Notes under the pieces: model-generated
Told to the model about the DNA's origin: nothing
The model's input: only the letters and a program-made list of their open reading frames with translations
The model's database searches: none
From: a virus
Taxonomy: Duplodnaviria; Caudoviricetes
DNA: 64,000 bases
IMG/VR virus record: IMGVR_UViG_3300028048_000045
Coordinates: 128,001 to 192,000 of that record
Reading direction: 5' to 3' (one strand)
Translations under genes and position numbers: made by a program
Part shown: positions 58,201-64,000 of the stretch, piece after piece
Position numbering within the stretch: position 1 is the stretch's first letter
How the letters are laid out: each line of letters opens with the position of its first letter

Positions 58201-58234
58201 CATAAATAAAATATATAAATGAAAAAATAATATA

Positions 58235-58272
58235 AATACACACTGGAGGACTTGTTCCTCCAGTGTATTATT
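58235..58272. terminator. Intrinsic terminator of the beta-N gene
   Basis: ACACTGGAGGA-cttgt-TCCTCCAGTGT. Confidence 0.8.
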
Positions 58273-58297
58273 TAATATACAACCCAAACCATTTTTT

Positions 58298-59836
58298 TTA
58301 TTTCTTAATAAGAACAGGATCGATTTCAAATGTCATCTTATCCATATCGAATGTTTGATTACACGGACAGATAAAATGACTCAAACCAGGAGCACCAGCA
58401 GACTGACCTTCAATAAAGTTAATCGCACCAATGTAGTCAATTGGGAATTGACGAAGTGTTGTAGAAACTCGTTTTGATTTAGCTGAAGGAGATCCAGGAC
58501 CAGTTTTAGTTACCATCAATAATGTATTTGTTAAAGCATCATCATTACATTCGCTACTGAATTTAGCAATAGTCAAACCAGTTACCTGATGTGAAATCTT
58601 ACCAATAATAGCATTAAGAATCAACGAAGATTTAATTTTAAATACATCCAACAGTCCATCCATAGTTTTAAGTTTGTCAGGAGTGTTCATAAAACGATAA
58701 ATCTTTTCTGTAAACATTACTGTAAATGGAGAAATCAAATATTCACCAAGACGTAAACGTTTATTCTGAAGACCATCGTCTTTAGATGTAAGAGATGCAT
58801 AATTACAGAAGATCCATCTCGCCACAGCATAGATATTTGATCTATCTGTACCAGGAACCAACTGACTTATAATCTCACGAGTGTGATAATCAAGAGAATT
58901 ATTAAATGTTTTAAGAAGAGCAATTCCTTTTTCCATTGACTTCTGAATAGAAATACTTTCTCCTAAAAGCATTGTCCATCGTGTAACATTTCGGATATAA
59001 TCCATATCCATTGAACGTTTTTGAGAAGCAAGGATTGTTGCTACAAATGTACGGAATACATTGTTTTCATCAAATGCTTGCTTGTCAACACCCATATAAA
59101 CCTGACCAAATTTGAATATGTATTGATTTGTTGGGAAAGCTGATAAATCTGGAGTTTTTTCATTTTCGCTTAATGAATATAACTTAATCCATTTATCTAC
59201 TCCGAAATATTCCAAAGTTCTATAGAAACCGAAATATGCGAAGAAATAAATAAGAACAGGAATACATTTACGGGTAACATAAATCATAATTTTAGAAGTG
59301 TTATACTTCTTTCCAAAAATATCAGTAATGATAGTTTTTTGACGTTCGAATTTTATAGCACGAGTCATTGTTTTTAATACTAATACATTTTTCTTAGTAA
59401 ATGTAATAGCATCAATAATCTGAAGTGGACAAGAATACTTGTTTCCTCTTATGTAGAAGTGAGAATTATCAATCAATAATGGAATCCACATTGAGAACGA
59501 TTGATGAAGTGTTGTACCTCCAAATGAACATTCAAAATCAAATATAGCTTCCTTAGCAAATGTATCATTAATATTGATTCTAATTTCATTTTTGTTAGCA
59601 GTCTTCAATGAACCTTCATCATCTTTATCACGTTCCAACATTTTACCACGAGAATCCTGATAATGATATCCTAAATATTTAACATATTCAGGAATCAATT
59701 GACAAACTGCTTTACAAGCATCATCAATATATTTAGTCATCTCGTCTTTTTTACGGATCTCCACAATTAATTTATCATTAAACATTCCATCATTCTTAGA
59801 TGAAAAACCAGAAACAAGTTCTAACGCTGAAGCCAT
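58298..59836 (-). CDS. Split RNA polymerase beta-like subunit, N-terminal part (probably non-virion RNAP)
   Basis: WIPLL...FYIRGNKYS..LQI (RpoB F.ING....SQ-like), NKRLRLGEYL, GPGS, and LRQFPIDYIGAI...AGAPGL (RDVH.THYGR.C...GPNIGL-like). Confidence 0.85.
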   Translation of the reverse strand: MASALELVSGFSSKNDGMFNDKLIVEIRKKDEMTKYIDDACKAVCQLIPEYVKYLGYHYQDSRGKMLERDKDDEGSLKTANKNEIRININDTFAKEAIFDFECSFGGTTLHQSFSMWIPLLIDNSHFYIRGNKYSCPLQIIDAITFTKKNVLVLKTMTRAIKFERQKTIITDIFGKKYNTSKIMIYVTRKCIPVLIYFFAYFGFYRTLEYFGVDKWIKLYSLSENEKTPDLSAFPTNQYIFKFGQVYMGVDKQAFDENNVFRTFVATILASQKRSMDMDYIRNVTRWTMLLGESISIQKSMEKGIALLKTFNNSLDYHTREIISQLVPGTDRSNIYAVARWIFCNYASLTSKDDGLQNKRLRLGEYLISPFTVMFTEKIYRFMNTPDKLKTMDGLLDVFKIKSSLILNAIIGKISHQVTGLTIAKFSSECNDDALTNTLLMVTKTGPGSPSAKSKRVSTTLRQFPIDYIGAINFIEGQSAGAPGLSHFICPCNQTFDMDKMTFEIDPVLIKK

Positions 59837-59864
59837 TTTTACTTTTAACCTCCCTTATGGATTA

Positions 59865-59890
59865 ATGGTGGGTTTTTAATGAACCCACCA
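59865..59890 (-). terminator. Hairpin between ligase and beta-N genes
   Basis: TGGTGGGTT...AACCCACCA; weak U-tract. Confidence 0.55.
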
Positions 59891-59897
59891 GAAACAT

Positions 59898-61865
59898 TTA
59901 TTTTGTAAATTTTGCTATAAATTCTTCAGGACTTAATACTGGAATTTTATATTTCTTAGCTTTCAACACTTTAGATGTACCAGTTTCAACTGAAACTAAA
60001 TAATCCAAAGATGATGTTACTGAAGAAACAAATGTTAAGTTCGAATCTAATTCGGAAACCTTATTAATAAATTCCTGTTTATTTTTAAATCCTGGAACTT
60101 CTCCAGAAATACAATAAGTTATTTCTGTACCAGTATTTTCTTTAACCTCTTTGAAATATGGCTTGAGAAGTTCATAACACTGTATCAAATCTTCAATATG
60201 TCGTTTATCTTTAAACCAAGCGACAAGTCTTGAATCGAAAACATCTTCTATAACTATTTTCTTATCAAGTTCTTCTTTATATTTCAAGAATTTTTCAACG
60301 GTTGTTAATCCGGCTTTTATCAACATTCCTTCACCAATATAAGGAATGTTAAAATTCGCTAACAGTTTTAATTCTGTCATATTCTTGAAAATATAATCAG
60401 CTGAATCAATAAAATTTACAGTTCGTTTACCACCATTAAAATGCATCATTCCAAATTCAAGTTTATAATCTATAAGATTCATCATCTTTAAGAAACTGAA
60501 GAATGTATAAGGCCATTCTTTGTAACGAATGTAATCTACTATTCCGTTTATTATAGATGGTCCTATATTCTTAACATTCAATCCTGTTAAGAAATCTTCC
60601 AATTTAGATGCATAGATATCTTTACATCCATATTCATTAGGACACATAATATCTTGGTAAACTTTTACAACTGGAGTTCCGCAACACGGACATTTATCGA
60701 TATCAATAAATTTAATTTCTTTTCCTTCTTCATTATATGATTCGACTATTTTTGGAATAACATCATTTGAACGTTTCATTAGAACAGTTGATCCTATTCC
60801 TATTTTCATTCGCTTCATATTCTGATAATTATCCAATGTTGCTCTTTGTACCAATACACCATTAATATAAATAGGTTTAATTTGTGCAACAAATGAAATT
60901 TTCATTCTATTTACAGATGAATGGATATTAATAACTTCTGATGAACCAAATTCTGCTGGTGGTTTAAGAGCCATATTATATCTATTACAAGTTGTAATAG
61001 AATATCTAGAATTTATCATATCATAATTATCTTGACCACCATCAATAGTCAAAATAATTCCATCAGTTTCATATTCCCATTTTTCTCTAAGATTCTGAAC
61101 ATAGTCTTGATAAACTTGCGGAATATTAACTGTTTTCTTCGGAAGAATCATAATAGGTTCAAAATGATTTAAATCTTGAGAAACTTTAATAATTGACAAT
61201 AATTTATCTAACCTATTCTTGAAATTGGGTCTATAAGTATTATCATAATAATGAACGTCATACGTTACAAAGTTAACATATTTTAATTCATCCGATTCTT
61301 CTTTTCGTTTTAAAATACCAGAACAACTATTTCTTAATGGTCCACTGAATTCTCTAGCATATCGTTTAGGAATTATAAATTCTCCACGAAGTTCTGAATT
61401 TGGAATATATTTAGGAATAACTCCTTTAATTTTTATTCCAAATGGTATAAGAGCACCAATAGTTCCATCACCACGTGTTGAAGCTAATTTATAATTTCCA
61501 TCTTGATCATAAACGATTTTTCCAGAAATACCATCAAACTTAGGTTCATACCATAATGAAGGTATACCATCTTCGAAATAAAGATTTGGAAATTTCTGTT
61601 GTATATCGAAAAACCAATCTACTACAGCTTCAGCAGTCTGTTCTTTTTGCATTGATAACATTGGATATTCATGTTCGACAGGAATATCTCTAGTCTGTGT
61701 CTTCGCTCCAACTTGATAAAAATACTGGTTATTCGGATCCAATTCTTTTAATCTTCTTTCTTTAAAATCGAATTCCTCATCAGTCACACCTGTATCTTCA
61801 CCATTATAATATTTCATTCTATAACTATTTAGTTCATCTACGAGTTTATTAACTTCATTAACCAT
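59898..61865 (-). CDS. ligA: NAD+-dependent DNA ligase
   Basis: YY...TDEEFD, H.YPMLS, adenylation motif EPKFDG, STRGDG, ELRGE, TDG, DVIPKI, Zn finger CPCC...C...C, and a C-terminal BRCT domain. Confidence 0.95.
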   Translation of the reverse strand: MVNEVNKLVDELNSYRMKYYNGEDTGVTDEEFDFKERRLKELDPNNQYFYQVGAKTQTRDIPVEHEYPMLSMQKEQTAEAVVDWFFDIQQKFPNLYFEDGIPSLWYEPKFDGISGKIVYDQDGNYKLASTRGDGTIGALIPFGIKIKGVIPKYIPNSELRGEFIIPKRYAREFSGPLRNSCSGILKRKEESDELKYVNFVTYDVHYYDNTYRPNFKNRLDKLLSIIKVSQDLNHFEPIMILPKKTVNIPQVYQDYVQNLREKWEYETDGIILTIDGGQDNYDMINSRYSITTCNRYNMALKPPAEFGSSEVINIHSSVNRMKISFVAQIKPIYINGVLVQRATLDNYQNMKRMKIGIGSTVLMKRSNDVIPKIVESYNEEGKEIKFIDIDKCPCCGTPVVKVYQDIMCPNEYGCKDIYASKLEDFLTGLNVKNIGPSIINGIVDYIRYKEWPYTFFSFLKMMNLIDYKLEFGMMHFNGGKRTVNFIDSADYIFKNMTELKLLANFNIPYIGEGMLIKAGLTTVEKFLKYKEELDKKIVIEDVFDSRLVAWFKDKRHIEDLIQCYELLKPYFKEVKENTGTEITYCISGEVPGFKNKQEFINKVSELDSNLTFVSSVTSSLDYLVSVETGTSKVLKAKKYKIPVLSPEEFIAKFTK

Positions 61866-61959
61866 ACGCAGATTCTCCTATTTGTTAAAAGAAAAATATA
61901 TAATTAAAGATATTTTACAAGAAAATAAATATATTTGTTTGTAGCTCTGTAAATAAAAA

Positions 61960-62018
61960 AATAAAAAAAAGAAACCAGAGTAATCTGGTACAGAAAACCC
62001 TTTCGAGTTTTCTGTTTT
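61960..62018 (-). terminator. Tandem hairpins and U-tract
   Basis: ACAGAAAAC...GTTTTCTGT and ACCAGA-gtaa-TCTGGT, followed by a U-tract on the minus strand. Confidence 0.65.
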
Positions 62019-62029
62019 AAGAATAGATA

Positions 62030-62428
62030 TTAGATTTCGATATAGACAACCCAATCTACTGAATCCTCTTCAATAGGACGATAGATATTATCGGTTACAT
62101 CTACAAAAGATTCGATTTTACAATGGTGAACATCACCATCTTCATCTACCATGTCTACCCATTTGGTAAACACTAATCCATTAAAATCTTTATCTACTCT
62201 TATCGAAATTTCAGGAGATATTCCATCTTCTTCAACTTCATCGAGATCGTTACGGTCAATGATTACCTTATGACCCCAATCTCTAAGCCATGAACAATCT
62301 ACACATACAAGTGTAGTCTTGTTCTTGTTTGGGAGAAGCTCATCGATTTTACAACCGATGAAGAAATCTCCTTCCATGTAATTTTCAGCTGCTTTAGCAG
62401 CTGCTTCAAGAATCTGTTCTTTTTTCAT
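62030..62428 (-). CDS. Hypothetical acidic protein (132 aa), probable early gene
   Basis: Start moved to the ATG at 62428 (MKKEQIL), which has AAGGGA upstream. The upstream ATG sits in the leader hairpin. Confidence 0.7.
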   Translation of the reverse strand: MKKEQILEAAAKAAENYMEGDFFIGCKIDELLPNKNKTTLVCVDCSWLRDWGHKVIIDRNDLDEVEEDGISPEISIRVDKDFNGLVFTKWVDMVDEDGDVHHCKIESFVDVTDNIYRPIEEDSVDWVVYIEI

Positions 62429-62527
62429 TTGTATTTTTCCCTTGACTATAATTATTTTATTTTGTAAGAGTTTTATAGTCATCCACCCTCATTAATATAA
62501 TATACAAAAAAGAATAATAGATTTACA

Positions 62528-62555
62528 AAAAAATAGGGATATTTAATCCCTATTC
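62528..62555 (-). terminator. Intrinsic terminator
   Basis: AATAGGGAT-attta-ATCCCTATT. Confidence 0.75.
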
Positions 62556-62558
62556 TAT

Positions 62559-62723
62559 TTATTTACTGTTTTTAACTAATTCATGAACATGTCTCTTAAA
62601 ATATTCATATTTTTCGAAACCGTAATAATTTTTATAAAACATTTTCAATACTCCTTTAAGACATTCCGTAGATTTACCATTTCCTCTAGATAAAACTATT
62701 TTCGTTGTAGGTTTATATTCCAT
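62559..62723 (-). CDS. Small ORF (54 aa) with a P-loop-like SRGNGKST
   Basis: Below the ORF-track cutoff. AAGGAG RBS; reads MEYKPTTKIVLSRGNGKSTECLKG...VKNSK*. Confidence 0.5.
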   Translation of the reverse strand: MEYKPTTKIVLSRGNGKSTECLKGVLKMFYKNYYGFEKYEYFKRHVHELVKNSK

Positions 62724-62738
62724 TTAATTCTCCTTAAT

Positions 62739-62776
62739 AAAAAAGGAGGGAACGCACTTAACAACGTTCCCTCCTA
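62739..62776 (-). terminator. Intrinsic terminator
   Basis: AGGAGGGAACG...CGTTCCCTCCT with a U-tract. Confidence 0.8.
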
Positions 62777-62826
62777 ATGGCTTAAAGTATGTTATACAGA
62801 ATTCGTCAACGACGCTCTGGAATAAC

Positions 62827-63999
62827 CTAAATCAACATTTGTTTATAAACCTTAATTACATCTCTTACAATAGCAGATTCGTCAACAGGAATTTTTTCTC
62901 CATTGTGTTTTCCACCAAAATCATTATAAATGTAATCATTATGAATAAGGCTTACAATCATATCTTTGATAGGATTTCTTTCATCAGATGTACTTGTTTT
63001 AATTTCAAATACACTTCTGATATTTCGATATTTGATTTCGATCAATTGATTATAATCATAATCATTCTTAAGTTGTTTTAATACACTTACGGATGGAGCT
63101 CTAGTAAATGAATAACTTGCACGTGTTGCTGTTACGAAATGTGGAAGATATTCAATACCAAGATCTTTCATCTTATGAATTAATACGATTACCAATTTAA
63201 CAAACTGATCAAATGTACAAGATCTTACATTATCTACGCCAGAGAAGAATCTAGCAAATACAGTAGATACAATGTTTACTGTGAAATAATGTAACTGATA
63301 ATTCTTTTTATAGAATTCAAATTCTTCCTGAGAAATGTAAACATTATTTCTTCTACAGATACATTCAATAGCATCATCATTAGCATATCTGTTAAGAATA
63401 ACGATAGATTCATCAGTGTTGCGATAGAACATATCGAAAATATCATTTTCCGACAATTTATCTTCATCATCAGATGAATTATCACTATCATTAATTCTGT
63501 AACAATCGTAAGGATTGTTTGCACGAATCTGGAATTCCATAATACTCATACGAGCTACGACTGCAATAAGTTTAATAACAGATTTCTTAAGATCAGCTTT
63601 AGGAATGATCGTTGTTACAATTTTGATAACCAATTCGTCAACAATTGATTCACGAGTTTTATTAAACATAGGGAAACTATCCCAAATACGTTTATTAGAA
63701 GATTCTGTTCGAGAAACAATTCTATCACAATACTGATAGAGTTTATTCATCAAATTAGAACAATTTGTGCCAACAACAATGATCTTAAAGATAGCATCAA
63801 AAATAGTGTACATGAAATTGAATACATCAATATTGAGATCAGAGTTGATAAAGATATAATGTGTACATAATGGGATTGTAAATTTAGTCATGTAAGATGC
63901 TGTATAGATAAGTTTCAAATGTTCATTTGTAAATGTTGTAGCTTCAGCATAATTAGCAGATTCTTTTTCATCTACAGAAACTTCATAATGTTCTTCAAC
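62827..63999 (-). CDS. Probable promoter-specificity (sigma-like) subunit of the non-virion RNAP, AR9 gp226/phiKZ gp68-like; 5' end lies beyond the window
   Basis: The frame stays open to the window edge (VEEHYEVSVD...TTFTNEHLKLIYTASYMTKFTIPLCTHY). All-helical protein. The FT.EH.K.I...S...K..IPL..HY pattern is recalled from this family, not searched. Confidence 0.55.
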   Translation of the reverse strand, partial: VEEHYEVSVDEKESANYAEATTFTNEHLKLIYTASYMTKFTIPLCTHYIFINSDLNIDVFNFMYTIFDAIFKIIVVGTNCSNLMNKLYQYCDRIVSRTESSNKRIWDSFPMFNKTRESIVDELVIKIVTTIIPKADLKKSVIKLIAVVARMSIMEFQIRANNPYDCYRINDSDNSSDDEDKLSENDIFDMFYRNTDESIVILNRYANDDAIECICRRNNVYISQEEFEFYKKNYQLHYFTVNIVSTVFARFFSGVDNVRSCTFDQFVKLVIVLIHKMKDLGIEYLPHFVTATRASYSFTRAPSVSVLKQLKNDYDYNQLIEIKYRNIRSVFEIKTSTSDERNPIKDMIVSLIHNDYIYNDFGGKHNGEKIPVDESAIVRDVIKVYKQMLI

Positions 64000-64000
64000 A

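Noticed and set aside
309-63736. Numerous 60-165 aa ORFs antisense to or out of frame within long genes (e.g. 1370-1660, 4607-4894, 20943-21308, 30283-30618, 52619-53116, 53931-54404)
   Set aside because: They have no RBS or promoter, and their S/F/L/I-rich composition is typical of shadow frames of AT-rich genes. Only the 4420-4875 overlap has independent support.
1-64000. Stop-codon reassignment (TAG or TGA recoding, as in some gut jumbo phages)
   Set aside because: Genes are full-length under code 11, and both TAG (e.g. 32437, 48697, 62827) and TGA (25549, 55859) end genes at operon junctions.
1-64000. CRISPR array, tRNA genes, IS elements or group I introns
   Set aside because: No regularly spaced repeats, cloverleafs, transposase motifs or interrupted core genes were seen.

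Overview
This window is a gene-dense, very AT-rich segment of a jumbo phage of the phiKZ/AR9(PBS1)-like type. It uses genetic code 11, is coded mostly on the minus strand and has strong AGGAG Shine-Dalgarno sites. Recognisable genes are a PhuZ-like tubulin; four split multisubunit RNA polymerase pieces (beta-N, beta-C, beta'-N with the DFDGD loop, beta'-C); a probable gp226/gp68-like promoter-specificity subunit; a type IIA topoisomerase A subunit; a RecA/UvsX recombinase; an NAD-dependent DNA ligase; a zincin protease; and large probable virion-protein operons. Two promoter classes are readable directly from the intergenic DNA: RACA-N6-TA before structural genes, and TTATATA-type before replication and transcription genes. 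About 20 intrinsic terminators are also visible. The most interesting unexplained elements are: (1) a stand-alone pseudoknotted ncRNA of about 140 nt with three GNRA tetraloops and its own promoter (58060-58200); (2) two envelope genes in different frames that share one ribosome-binding site, a candidate non-canonical spanin pair (4104-4875); (3) a promoter-plus-gene cassette bracketed by a perfect 31-bp terminator duplication; and (4) a four-gene operon of disordered and amphipathic-helix proteins where nucleus-forming phages carry chimallin. No tRNA, rRNA, CRISPR array, intron or intein could be supported. All family assignments come from motif recognition by eye, not from database searches.
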